The notes under the pieces are model-generated. The model was not told the DNA's origin, did not search any database, and saw only the letters and a list, made by a program, of their open reading frames with translations. Source: Patescibacteria group bacterium UBA6201 (GTDB taxonomy: Bacteria; Patescibacteriota; Minisyncoccia; Phycocordibacterales; UBA918). Taken from it: a DNA stretch of 64,000 nucleotides. The translations under genes and the position numbers were made by a program. Location: contig DISV01000005.1 of assembly GCA_002422025.1 (NCBI GenBank), positions 290,948 through 354,947 on the forward strand, in the 5' to 3' direction. Positions 32,969 to 42,615 of the stretch are shown here, piece by piece. Position 1 is the first letter of the stretch. Every line of letters starts with the position of its first letter.

Positions 32969-34984
32969 TTATTCGGTTTCAGTTACTGATTCTGGTTCCG
33001 GAGCTGGCTCTGGCTCTGGTTCTGGTTCAGGTTCTGGTTCAGTATCAGTTTCTGGAGTTGTTTCTGGTTCTGACTCAGTAGTTTCCTCGGTCTCTGGTTT
33101 TTCTACCAACGCATCCCCGCTTCCATCCTCTGGATCAATTACTTCTACCTCCTCTTCCTTCTTACCATCACCTTCAGGATCAATCACTCCCTCATCCACA
33201 CCCTCCCCATCTTCCTTCACAGGTTCATCACCCTCTATACCCTCTTCCGTAACGGATTCAATTGGAATTTCACCAGGATCAGTAACAGCAGCTTCGTCAG
33301 TCGGTTCAATTACTGTATCACCTCCGCCTCCATCTGCTCCTGCTCCTTCTTCATCAATCTTCTCCTCGTCTGCTTCCTCTATGGCCTCAACAGTCTCCAC
33401 AATCTCAACTGGAGGAGTTTCAACCACTAGCTCTACCTCCTCTTGAGACTCTTCACCTATTAGATACTCTCCGCGTGAGGTTAGTAATGCCACCATTCCT
33501 TCTATCATTTCATCGGAAAATCCAGAATCAATCAAATCTTGACGAGAAAAGCGGTTTTCCTCACCTGGAGTTGGTTCTGGATCTACCCAAGGACCAATAC
33601 CGTCAATAAACCGCGCAAATGATTTACCCTCAGGAACGTTACTGGCATTACATACACCCACTGTATCATTAGTGTTTGGATTGTCTGGTGTAGGGTCATT
33701 TTCACAAGCAGTTGAGTCTTCGCCATACTCGTACTCATCTTTAATTTGATCTAATGAGTTGTATAACTTCACGGTATCGCCTGTGTTGTTGAGTATAGGT
33801 TTATTCATATAAACCACCATAAATCCGTTGGCTGGAATAGTTGTAGTACCTGATGATATATGAGTAACAGCTGTCACAGAATTTATTTCTATGGTGTTAC
33901 CAGTACCACCGCTATAATCAGTAACATACCAGTCAGTCAAGTCTACTTCAAAATCCTCATTGTTATATATCTCAACCCACTCTCCATCTGGCATGTTGGC
34001 ACTATCATCGTCACTGTTCGGTAAGAACTCGTTTAAGACCACATCACCATCGGTAGGTACAGACACTTCACTTTCTGCGGTTGGCTCAAAGTCGAAGGTA
34101 CGGGTATGAGTAGAAGCACCAGAATCAATACCAATAGTGAACGAGTCAATATTCTCAATATAACCATCTACATAAGGCTCGCCCACCCGAAGACCCAACC
34201 ATGAGTCGGTAGCTCTTGTTTGTATGCTTGGGTAGGCTGCAAGAATATCACTCCATTTTTGAAATTGAGCAGTTGGGTCAACAAATGGTGTACCTGTCTC
34301 CGCAGGCCATGAGGTAGCAGCCCCTCCGCAACCAGACATACCAGACCAGCACCAGAGAGCCTCTCCTCCCGCTATTGCATCCCATTCTTGCCAGCTATCT
34401 TGGATAACAGTTCCATTTTGATTCGGCACAAAAGCCAATCGTTTCTGCCAAGTGTCAGTACCATCAAAGCTGACGTTGAAATTTATATAGGCAGAACGGT
34501 CAAGACTACCGCCATTTCCGGCTGACGGATTATAAGTAACGTAAGACATCTCAGTAATGTCTGCGAGCGCAACATCTCTAAACATATATGTTGCTATATT
34601 GCGTCGCTCAGTACCACTCACACCAATTTGAGCGCTACCTGAACCATAGAAAGGTGTGCCGGGACCATCGACGAAAGAACCTAGAGAATTATTAATTGTA
34701 TCTGTCTCATCATTGTAGAAAAACCAAGAAGTAGGATTGAGTAATTCTGTTAACTTATCGGTTCCTAAGTCTTCAGCCATAACTACGATTGTTTCTTCTG
34801 TGTCAGAAGACCAAACACCTGTAGACACACTATTACCTTCAATGGAGGTGCTGGCTTGCCAAGCGGCAAAGGTGGTTTGAATTGCTAGACCACTCGAGTT
34901 CATAAACATAGAGCAAACTAAAAGTACCTTTGCCCAAAACGGCAAATGTTTGCTACTAATTCTGAATAATGAGTGTTTTTGCAT
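32969..34984 (-). CDS. SipW-type signal peptide protein with lamin-tail domain and acidic Pro/Glu tail
   Basis: TTFAAWQ..IEGNSVSTGVW; VVLNEFLPN..EWVEIYN..VDLTDW..LNNTGDTV; PTPG; (EP)n tail. Confidence 0.8.
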   Translation of the reverse strand: MQKHSLFRISSKHLPFWAKVLLVCSMFMNSSGLAIQTTFAAWQASTSIEGNSVSTGVWSSDTEETIVVMAEDLGTDKLTELLNPTSWFFYNDETDTINNSLGSFVDGPGTPFYGSGSAQIGVSGTERRNIATYMFRDVALADITEMSYVTYNPSAGNGGSLDRSAYINFNVSFDGTDTWQKRLAFVPNQNGTVIQDSWQEWDAIAGGEALWCWSGMSGCGGAATSWPAETGTPFVDPTAQFQKWSDILAAYPSIQTRATDSWLGLRVGEPYVDGYIENIDSFTIGIDSGASTHTRTFDFEPTAESEVSVPTDGDVVLNEFLPNSDDDSANMPDGEWVEIYNNEDFEVDLTDWYVTDYSGGTGNTIEINSVTAVTHISSGTTTIPANGFMVVYMNKPILNNTGDTVKLYNSLDQIKDEYEYGEDSTACENDPTPDNPNTNDTVGVCNASNVPEGKSFARFIDGIGPWVDPEPTPGEENRFSRQDLIDSGFSDEMIEGMVALLTSRGEYLIGEESQEEVELVVETPPVEIVETVEAIEEADEEKIDEEGAGADGGGGDTVIEPTDEAAVTDPGEIPIESVTEEGIEGDEPVKEDGEGVDEGVIDPEGDGKKEEEVEVIDPEDGSGDALVEKPETEETTESEPETTPETDTEPEPEPEPEPEPAPEPESVTETE

Positions 34985-34991
34985 AAAAATT

Positions 34992-35540
34992 TTAATCTTG
35001 TCTTTCGGTTTCGTTTTCTTTAACTCCTTCTCTACTCGTTCTTATCGATACCATTATCTTCTTAACCTCATCCACTATGACCAGAAACGCAGGAATGATA
35101 ATAATGGCAAGAAACCCCCAGGGTGTCTTGGCTACATCGAGTAGGTAGCCAATAAATGGTAAGTGAAAAATCACTTTGCCATAAATCTCGCTTTCGAGGA
35201 CAGGATTGCGATCCGCATAGTCATTGGCGTCGCCTTTAGTGGTGAACTCGCGTTCGTCTCCGTCACCTTCGGCAGCTGCAACAATTCGGTGCGTAATTGG
35301 CACCTCCAAGCTACTCTCTATTCTTTTGAAGGTGACTATATCACCCTCAGCATAATCGGCTTTTGGATAAATGAAGACTACGCTCCCAGTAGGGATAGCT
35401 GGCTCCATTGAACCAGTCAAAACCGTACGGGAATCAAGAGGAAAACTGGGAATGGAAAGGATAGATATGAGAAGCAGGGTCGCGACAGCCAAAAAGACCG
35501 TCACAACGATATAAAGAAGGATGTTAAAGAACAATTTCAT
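34992..35540 (-). CDS. sipW: Signal peptidase I, SipW/ER-type
   Basis: VLTGSMEPAI (Ser), ITHRI (His), TKGDAN..D. Confidence 0.92.
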   Translation of the reverse strand: MKLFFNILLYIVVTVFLAVATLLLISILSIPSFPLDSRTVLTGSMEPAIPTGSVVFIYPKADYAEGDIVTFKRIESSLEVPITHRIVAAAEGDGDEREFTTKGDANDYADRNPVLESEIYGKVIFHLPFIGYLLDVAKTPWGFLAIIIIPAFLVIVDEVKKIMVSIRTSREGVKENETERQD

Positions 35541-35617
35541 AACGCTTTATGCCAAAAGGTCTCTAGACCTTTATCCTCAAGCCCACCGAAGTGGTGAGCT
35601 TGAGAAAAAGGTTTGGA

Positions 35618-36286
35618 TTAGGAAGGAAGTTCGTCAGGCAGAGTTCCTACAAATACTTCAGTCCATGCACATTCACCATTATGAAGACCGTAATCAGCAT
35701 CTTCTGCAAATCCGCCCATTTGACGCATCGCAATCACCTCACCAGGACCAAAACCATTAGATCCATCGGCAATCTTAACTGCATTTGCTGCACCATAGAA
35801 TGCACTTACAAGTGTGAAGGTACCATTGTCAGGATCACCAGCATCACCGACATTTCCTACGCTAGAACCTGTTTCATATGTTGTGTTATCTATTGCTGTG
35901 CCATAACCCATCCAGTTTGATCCATCACCTGGGGTACTAGCACGCCAGGCAATCTTTGTTGCATCACAGGCCCCTGGATTACCTGATACAGGATCAATAT
36001 AGAACCATAGATCAAGTTCCATTGAGCTGTCGTTTGTAACCTCTGCTCGTTCCGCCGGAGAACTCTTGAAGCCAGGAAGGACCTCAGTTTCTATAATCGG
36101 CTTTGACTCAGAACCATACGCTGCCACTCCTTCAGCTGTAATCCCAAGTACAGCGGTACTGATTGTATTACCTTCAATACCATCAGTTGCTTGCCACGCA
36201 GCGTATGTAGCACCTAGGACAAGGGCTGTCATTGCTACTATCACGCTTGCTGCGAGCAGTACCTTTTTGTTTAAAATTGCTGTCAT
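35618..36286 (-). CDS. TasA/CalY-like protein with SipW-cognate signal peptide
   Basis: LVLGATYAAWQ..IEGNTISTAVL; VLPG..VTNDSS; directly upstream of sipW. Confidence 0.75.
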   Translation of the reverse strand: MTAILNKKVLLAASVIVAMTALVLGATYAAWQATDGIEGNTISTAVLGITAEGVAAYGSESKPIIETEVLPGFKSSPAERAEVTNDSSMELDLWFYIDPVSGNPGACDATKIAWRASTPGDGSNWMGYGTAIDNTTYETGSSVGNVGDAGDPDNGTFTLVSAFYGAANAVKIADGSNGFGPGEVIAMRQMGGFAEDADYGLHNGECAWTEVFVGTLPDELPS

Positions 36287-36366
36287 AAAAATTTTTATTT
36301 TTACTTAATTTAATAAATTACTAATCCAGCAATGCTGGCTGTGAGTACTGTGAAAACATAGTAATT

Positions 36367-36470
36367 AAAAAAGACACCGCACAAAATTGCGCGGTGTCTT
36401 TTAAGACTGTATCTACCGGAATGGTTTCACCATTCATTACACAGACTGCATTCATGGTTTCTTCATTGTA
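36367..36470 (-). promoter_or_regulatory. Candidate attenuator/riboswitch-like leader B
   Basis: -10 TACAAT, ATGAATGC, stem GTCTGTGT/ATACAGTC, TTAAAAG, hairpin AAGACACCGC/GCGGTGTCTT and T-run. Confidence 0.6.
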
Positions 36471-36530
36471 CGCTCATGTATTTCGACAGCAACGTTGACA
36501 TGTGAATTACTATGTATCGGGATAATGACT

Positions 36531-37487
36531 TTATCTTACACCTCTGAAGATTGGGTGGTTGGCACAGAGAGATTTTTTTGCCACCTCAATTACAGTTTCA
36601 GGTGTTGTGGTGGAGAGGTTCGGACGCGATGACAAAACTACGTCGTCATCCTCCACCACCTCCTTGATATCTTCTAATAGATCCAATAATTTCGCTCTAC
36701 GTTCTTCAACCTCCTCCACAAAATTGTTGCGCTCCTCACGCCATTTAGTCACACCTGGTGCATCATCTAGTATCCACGGGAATACTGCGCAAGCTACCAT
36801 TCCATCACGCACATCTTCGGTTGTGGTAGCGACCAACATACGCACCTTACGTCCAGAAAGTAGTAACTCAGAATCTTTTGGACGTAACTCGGTTATGGTG
36901 ATATTCCACTCTTCGTTCTTAACATCAATAAAGCGTACCTGCTCTTGATCTCCATACTCCAATCTTTTAACTGCACCTAACATGCGTCCAGCCAATGGAT
37001 TTTGCCACATTTGTGCCTCAAATTCTGCTCGAGATTGATAGCTTTCTAACTGCTCTCCCATATATTGATCAAGATAGAAGCCTGCTCCAATTGAATGAAG
37101 CATCATCGCACCCACCACACTAAAACCAAAGCTACTGCCAACCACAAGGTATAAAGGATATTTATATCCTCTCTTAGTGTTGCGAAGGTTGAAATAGGCG
37201 ACCAAGGTGAGCGAGCCAAAAGCCAAAAGCCACAGATAGGGCAACGTATCGAGGAAGAAGGTTAAGAAACTTTGGTGGGTCGCCTCGTAAAGCGAGTAGC
37301 CGATATATAGGGAAGTAAAGGATAATATTGCTAAAGCCACAGCTCCCAGAATCACTGACAAGACCCAGGCGGCCCAAAAAGCGTATTCATAAGATAGCCA
37401 ATACAGCCGAGAATGAGGGGTGATTCCCTCCCTTTCCAGACGGTCTAAGACACTCTGCTTTATTTTGTTATTCATAGATTCACTCAT
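36531..37487 (-). CDS. Membrane protein, probable anti-sigma factor
   Basis: Overlaps the stop of the ECF sigma gene; 3 TMs plus an extracellular domain. Confidence 0.6.
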   Translation of the reverse strand: MSESMNNKIKQSVLDRLEREGITPHSRLYWLSYEYAFWAAWVLSVILGAVALAILSFTSLYIGYSLYEATHQSFLTFFLDTLPYLWLLAFGSLTLVAYFNLRNTKRGYKYPLYLVVGSSFGFSVVGAMMLHSIGAGFYLDQYMGEQLESYQSRAEFEAQMWQNPLAGRMLGAVKRLEYGDQEQVRFIDVKNEEWNITITELRPKDSELLLSGRKVRMLVATTTEDVRDGMVACAVFPWILDDAPGVTKWREERNNFVEEVEERRAKLLDLLEDIKEVVEDDDVVLSSRPNLSTTTPETVIEVAKKSLCANHPIFRGVR

Positions 37488-38056
37488 ATATCTAATGACT
37501 CAAGCTTTTGCTTTAATTGCTTCTTAGCGCGGTGTACCAAGGTACCTACCGTACCAGTCGGTACATGAAGGACATCAGAAATATCTTCATACTCAAGATG
37601 TTCAAAGTAACGCAAAATTAGCACTTCACGGTACTTGTCGTCGAGTTGTTCTAGTGCACGCAGGAGTAGTTTATTACTCACCTGTTGGTCAAAAATGGCT
37701 TCCGGATCAACATTATCAGCTGCGATTAACTTCACAATATCATCTCCTTCAGATACAAGATAACCTTCCGGACGTGACTGAAGTTTACGATACCAGCTAA
37801 TAGCTTCGTTGTGCGCAATGCGATATATCCATGCGGAAAAAGAAAGACTTTGGTCGAAGCTGTTTAGATTACGATACACTTTGATAAAAATTTCCTGCAG
37901 CACATCAGCTCTATCGTCTGGATTACGAACACCGAGACGGGTGATGTACCGTTCGAGACGTGCTTCATAACGCTCCACCAGATTCCCAAAAAACGCTCGG
38001 TCGCGTAGCGAATGTGTCACCAGTTCATTGTCGGTTGGGGCCGAAGATTCGGGCAT
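37484..38056 (-). CDS. ECF RNA polymerase sigma factor
   Basis: DVLQEIFIKVY, FSAWIYRIAHN, LRYFEHLEYEDI, GTVGTLVHRAK. Confidence 0.95.
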   Translation of the reverse strand: MPESSAPTDNELVTHSLRDRAFFGNLVERYEARLERYITRLGVRNPDDRADVLQEIFIKVYRNLNSFDQSLSFSAWIYRIAHNEAISWYRKLQSRPEGYLVSEGDDIVKLIAADNVDPEAIFDQQVSNKLLLRALEQLDDKYREVLILRYFEHLEYEDISDVLHVPTGTVGTLVHRAKKQLKQKLESLDI

Positions 38057-38116
38057 ACCCAGACATTATACGCTTTATAGGCTTATTTGTTTCAAGTCGG
38101 TGATATAATCGAGGTA

Positions 38117-38824
38117 ATGACAGTTCGTTTAAACAAATACTTAGCAGACAGAAAAATTGCCTCTAGGCGCGAGGCGGACGTACTGATTGCTGAAGGTAAA
38201 GTACTCATAAATGGCAAAAAAGCCATAATTGGACAAAAAGTGACTGATGACGATATTGTTCGTCTATCACCGAACGCCACAAAGGCCAAGACCTATCTCG
38301 CCTATTATAAAGGTGCTGGCATCATCACTCATTCACCAGACAAGGAAAAGGGCGAGGTTGATATCGCCACCAGAATGAAGAAGGATTATGGAATCAAGGA
38401 CGTTTATCCAATCGGTCGTCTTGATAAAGCCTCAGAGGGGCTCATTATCCTCACCAATGACGGTCGAGTGACTAGTGCCCTCCTGGACTCAGAGAACGAT
38501 ATAGAAAAAGAATACGAAGTTACTGTGGACAAACCAGTCACTGGAAGACTTTTGAAAAAGATGGCCGAAGGAGTGAATATAGAAGGTTATGTAACTAAGC
38601 CAGCCCTCACTGCTCCCAAGTCTGGAAAATCGTTCAAGATTATTTTAACCGAAGGGAAAAAACACCAGATTCGTCGCATGTGTATGGCTCTTGGTTGGCA
38701 AGTAAAGATATTGAAACGTGTGCGAGTGGTAACTATAAAACTCGACAAACTAAAGCCTAATCAATATCGAAAGATAGTTGGTAAGGAACTACAGACGTTT
38801 TTGCAGGAACTGGGTTTGAGTTGA
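38117..38824 (+). CDS. rRNA pseudouridine synthase (RsuA/RluB/RluF family)
   Basis: S4 domain (RLNKYLA..SRREAD), GRLDKASEGL, EGKKHQIRRM. Confidence 0.93.
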   Translation: MTVRLNKYLADRKIASRREADVLIAEGKVLINGKKAIIGQKVTDDDIVRLSPNATKAKTYLAYYKGAGIITHSPDKEKGEVDIATRMKKDYGIKDVYPIGRLDKASEGLIILTNDGRVTSALLDSENDIEKEYEVTVDKPVTGRLLKKMAEGVNIEGYVTKPALTAPKSGKSFKIILTEGKKHQIRRMCMALGWQVKILKRVRVVTIKLDKLKPNQYRKIVGKELQTFLQELGLS

Positions 38825-38852
38825 GGTATATCAATTGAGCAGACAGTATATG

Positions 38853-38897
38853 GTAAATAGAAACGGCCGGCGCTATGCGCCGGCCGTTTCTATTTAC
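38853..38897. terminator. Bidirectional terminator-like hairpin
   Basis: GTAAATAGAAACGGCCGGCGC-TAT-GCGCCGGCCGTTTCTATTTAC between convergent genes. Confidence 0.85.
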
Positions 38898-38932
38898 TAG
38901 TAGCTAAGTGCCAAGAAGCCAAGAGCTATAAA

Positions 38933-40720
38933 CTACTTCCCTCCCTTCTTTCGATCAGATTCCTTCAACAAGGCCTTACGTAAACGCACACTGTTTGGAG
39001 TTACCTCCAAGTACTCATCATCAGCCATGATTTCAAGTCCTAACTCAATCGTAAGTGGACGATAAGGTACCAAATCAATAGCCTCATCAGAGCCAGAGGC
39101 ACGAACGTTAGTGAGAGCCTTTCCCTTAGTAGGGTTTACCATCATTTCCTCACCCTTTGAAGTATTACCAATCACCATTCCCTCATAAACTTCAGCAGCT
39201 GGACCGATGTATAAAACACCACGATCTTGCAGGTTCCAAAGAGAGAAACCAAGCGCCTTACCAGTCGCCATCGAAATCATACTACCAACCTGACGCTTCT
39301 TGATTTCACCCACATGTGGCTGGAAGCCAATGAAGTGTGAAGCCAAAATACCCTCTCCTCTAGTATCAATAATAAACTGGCCTTTGTATCCGAGGAGTCC
39401 ACGAGTCGGACCAACGAAAGTCAAACGCACTTGCGTAGCGTGCATGACCATATTCTGCATAATGAAGCCACGATTAGAAAGCTTCTCAATCACTGCTCCC
39501 TGGAATTCAGAAGGAACATCAGCAATTACTTCTTCGAATGGTTCAAGCTTCTTACCACCTTCCTCCTTAATGATTACTTGTGGCTGAGACACGGCCAATT
39601 CGTAACCCTCACGTCGCATGTTCTCAAGCAATATAGAAATATGCATCTCTCCACGACCAAACACTTCGAAACTATCTCCTTGAGAGAAGTCCACTTTTAG
39701 ACCAACGTTAATTTCTAGTTCTTTTTCAAGACGCTCCTTAATCTGACGGCTCGTTACATACTTACCCTCTCGACCTGCAAATGGTGAGGAGTTGGGCATA
39801 AAGCGCAAACCAATGGTTGGTTCATCTACTTTAATTGCAGAAAGTGGTGGAGTGTTCTCATTGTCGGTCAAAGTCTCTCCAATATCGATATCAGCAAACC
39901 CAGCGATAAGTGCAATGTCCCCCGCGTATACAGTTTCAGCCTCTACTTGAGCAGTTCCTTTAAAGGTGGAGATTTTAACAACCTTCCCCTTCTTAGTTTC
40001 CTGACCTTCATGAGTAATGAAAAGGTTCTGCCCCTTACTTAGCTTTCCACTATATACACGAGCTACTGCTAGACGACCCAGGAAGTTGTCGTAACCGAGG
40101 TTGAATACCTGTGCAGCGAGTGGGTCACCCTCTTTGAAGACAGCAGCTGGCTGAACCTGCTCCAAGATAACGTCAAGAAGCGGAGAAAGGTCTTTAAACT
40201 CATCTTCCAACTTGCGTTTTGCCACTCCTTCACGACCAATGGCGTAGACAGAGGTGAAGTTAGACTGTTCATCAGAAGCCCCCAGCTCTAAGAAAAGTTC
40301 CAAAACCTGTTCTTCAGTACGGTGTGGATCAGCCGCAGGCTTGTCCACCTTATTAATGACTACAATCGGCTTAAGACCGAGCTCTAGTGACTTTTTTAGT
40401 ACGAAACGTGTCTGAGGCATCGGACCTTCCTGTGCGTCAACCACTAAGAGCACTGAATCGATAGAACGAAGCACACGCTCCACCTCACTACCGAAATCGG
40501 CGTGACCTGGAGTATCCACAATGTTTATCTTGGTATCCTTATACTCGATAGAGGTATTCTTGGCATAAATAGTAATACCACGCTCTTGTTCAAGAGCGTT
40601 ACTGTCCATTGACTGACCCTCAGCACGAGAGCCGGTCTGCTCCATCAAAGCATCGGTAAGAGTGGTCTTACCATGGTCCACGTGGGCAATAATGGCGATG
40701 TTTCGGATTTCTTTGGACAT
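38933..40720 (-). CDS. typA: Translational GTPase TypA/BipA
   Basis: AHVDHGKTTL, ERGITI, DTPGHADF, GRGEMH, NMRREGYE. Confidence 0.97.
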   Translation of the reverse strand: MSKEIRNIAIIAHVDHGKTTLTDALMEQTGSRAEGQSMDSNALEQERGITIYAKNTSIEYKDTKINIVDTPGHADFGSEVERVLRSIDSVLLVVDAQEGPMPQTRFVLKKSLELGLKPIVVINKVDKPAADPHRTEEQVLELFLELGASDEQSNFTSVYAIGREGVAKRKLEDEFKDLSPLLDVILEQVQPAAVFKEGDPLAAQVFNLGYDNFLGRLAVARVYSGKLSKGQNLFITHEGQETKKGKVVKISTFKGTAQVEAETVYAGDIALIAGFADIDIGETLTDNENTPPLSAIKVDEPTIGLRFMPNSSPFAGREGKYVTSRQIKERLEKELEINVGLKVDFSQGDSFEVFGRGEMHISILLENMRREGYELAVSQPQVIIKEEGGKKLEPFEEVIADVPSEFQGAVIEKLSNRGFIMQNMVMHATQVRLTFVGPTRGLLGYKGQFIIDTRGEGILASHFIGFQPHVGEIKKRQVGSMISMATGKALGFSLWNLQDRGVLYIGPAAEVYEGMVIGNTSKGEEMMVNPTKGKALTNVRASGSDEAIDLVPYRPLTIELGLEIMADDEYLEVTPNSVRLRKALLKESDRKKGGK

Positions 40721-40959
40721 AATTTAAAAATAGAAAATGCGCTCACGCGCTTTAGGTTTAGAGTTCAAAGTGCGCTGTAGAATACCTCAGATTGAACTGT
40801 TTGTAAACCCACAACACCACCTTCTTATGGTGTTGCTTTGCCTTTAATAAGCGTTTCTTCGTTCAAATATTACTATTATCAGCAATTTGACCCTCCCCTT
40901 TGGTCTATTTATACGTAAAACTACGATGGAACTAATGTCTGGGAGAACTAGACTGACAC

Positions 40960-40995
40960 AAAAAGCCGGTGGGCAAGATGACCTACCGGCTTTTT
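40960..40995 (-). terminator. Intrinsic terminator
   Basis: AAAAAGCCGGTGGG...CCTACCGGCTTTTT after 41025-41705. Confidence 0.7.
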
Positions 40996-41024
40996 AAGCT
41001 TGTAATTTATCTTTCCACTACCTT

Positions 41025-41705
41025 CTAGTCTCTCTCCTCCCACTCTTTATCTTTTAAATGTCCAAATCCCTTTTCATCACCCATACCTTCATCGTGACCC
41101 CCTCCACGATGTTTGAACTCAAAACCAGATTCAACTCCTGCTTCATCTAATATTTCTCGTACACGCTCGCGGTCCTTATTCTCCATTGCCTCCCGAAGCG
41201 CTTCCTTTTGTTCAGTATTTAGAAGACTCATAAAGTTTGGTCTCATATTGTCTTTGGAATTATCCATTCCAAAACCAGTCAAACCAAGTTCGTCAAAAAT
41301 GTCCTTAGCACCTTCTCTATCGCCGTCCCTCATCAACTCGTAGGCTTCAACTAATCTATCAAACTCTGCTTCACTATCAATCATGTCAGCGAAGGCAGAG
41401 CCCTCAATCGCTTCTTTAAAGGCCTCATAGTCTCGGGTGGCAATGGCGCTATGGATATCATTTTTATGCTCGCGCATGGCTTCACGAACTTGCTTAATAA
41501 CATCTTCGTCGACTCCGGCAGCTAAGAGAACATCTCGTGCAGCCTCTTTATCACCAGATTCTCTTAGTTCCTTAGCAGTCTCGAAGGCGGCAATCTGGTC
41601 ATCATTTAGGCCAGCTCGTTTAAGCATATCGCCACTAAAGGCACTTGCTCCTGTCACCGTGACCGCGAAAGCGGCCAAGGGAATAAGCAGAGTTTTCATA
41701 AGCAT
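41025..41705 (-). CDS. Secreted alpha-helical repeat protein of unknown function
   Basis: Signal peptide; three repeats of the type LRESGDKEAARDVL / MRDGDREGAKDIF / MENKDRERVREIL. Confidence 0.8.
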   Translation of the reverse strand: MLMKTLLIPLAAFAVTVTGASAFSGDMLKRAGLNDDQIAAFETAKELRESGDKEAARDVLLAAGVDEDVIKQVREAMREHKNDIHSAIATRDYEAFKEAIEGSAFADMIDSEAEFDRLVEAYELMRDGDREGAKDIFDELGLTGFGMDNSKDNMRPNFMSLLNTEQKEALREAMENKDRERVREILDEAGVESGFEFKHRGGGHDEGMGDEKGFGHLKDKEWEERD

Positions 41706-41859
41706 AATTTTTTAATACAAATTTAAAGTAAATAAACGTCTTCAAAACGAAGTGTGGTTAAATAAGGAACAGCAAAGCCGCCCGCGAAGGCGGCTTCACT
41801 TTAGGGCCAGTAACATTTCTTTCTGGAACTAACCCTTTATGTACTCCGTTCCATTTTTT

Positions 41860-41887
41860 ATTACGTGGCGGAGTTATAAATATTTCA
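41860..41887 (-). promoter_or_regulatory. Candidate ECF-sigma promoter
   Basis: TGAAAT-N16-CGTAAT, close to the SigW-type consensus TGAAAC-N16-CGTA. Confidence 0.45.
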
Positions 41888-41921
41888 CACTTAATGAACC
41901 TTCAGTTCACTGAGCGAAATA

Positions 41922-42497
41922 CTAATTCGCACCAATCCTTTCATGTAACCAATTCTCAGCCCAATCAGAAAAGTTACCCACGGGTCTTCCACCACCTTCT
42001 AGTTCTGACCAAACCTCTCGTAGCAACACTGCCAGTTCACTACTCTGCCCAAGTGCTGTCTCGCAAGTATCCAAAAGATAAACTGTATTATCAACTGTGA
42101 AGCGATACTCATAATCATACCCGCCCTGAATTGAAGGACAGTCTGGCGCTAAGGGCGCATAAGTATAGGCAACCAATTCATCATCATACTCACGTAAGTC
42201 ACGCATCAGGCCTACTGAGAGCTTACCTTCAATCGGAGATAAAGCTGAGTCACTGTTCCCACCTGGCAGGTATATATAATTTCTGTCTGACAAGACTCTA
42301 AACGACGGTTCTACATAGCGAGAACTGCCGTCACTATAACGCTTCGCGACCAAACTCCACTCACCTGCCTCAGCTTCGGTGTCATTTAAACTGTCCGGCA
42401 CGTAAATAGGTTTAAAAGCCATCAAGTAGACATACATACCGATAGCCAAACCAGTTAGGAAAGTTAGGGAAAGCAACATCCAATCATCGCGTTTCAT
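41922..42497 (-). CDS. Hypothetical membrane-anchored protein
   Basis: N-terminal TM; start MKRDDW follows TATAAT by 7 nt. Confidence 0.7.
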   Translation of the reverse strand: MKRDDWMLLSLTFLTGLAIGMYVYLMAFKPIYVPDSLNDTEAEAGEWSLVAKRYSDGSSRYVEPSFRVLSDRNYIYLPGGNSDSALSPIEGKLSVGLMRDLREYDDELVAYTYAPLAPDCPSIQGGYDYEYRFTVDNTVYLLDTCETALGQSSELAVLLREVWSELEGGGRPVGNFSDWAENWLHERIGAN

Positions 42498-42615
42498 TCT
42501 CTCAATTATACACGGCTCTATCATCAGCTTAAACATAAGAATGGTGAGATCAAATCATTCATCGCTTGTTCCAAGAATTACCTTCAAGCGACTTAGGGCG
42601 TGTTAAAATTTCCAG

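Noticed and set aside
32985-33080. CRISPR-like or VNTR array
   Set aside because: It encodes the (EP)n/ET low-complexity tail of the 671-aa protein; no spacers and no cas genes
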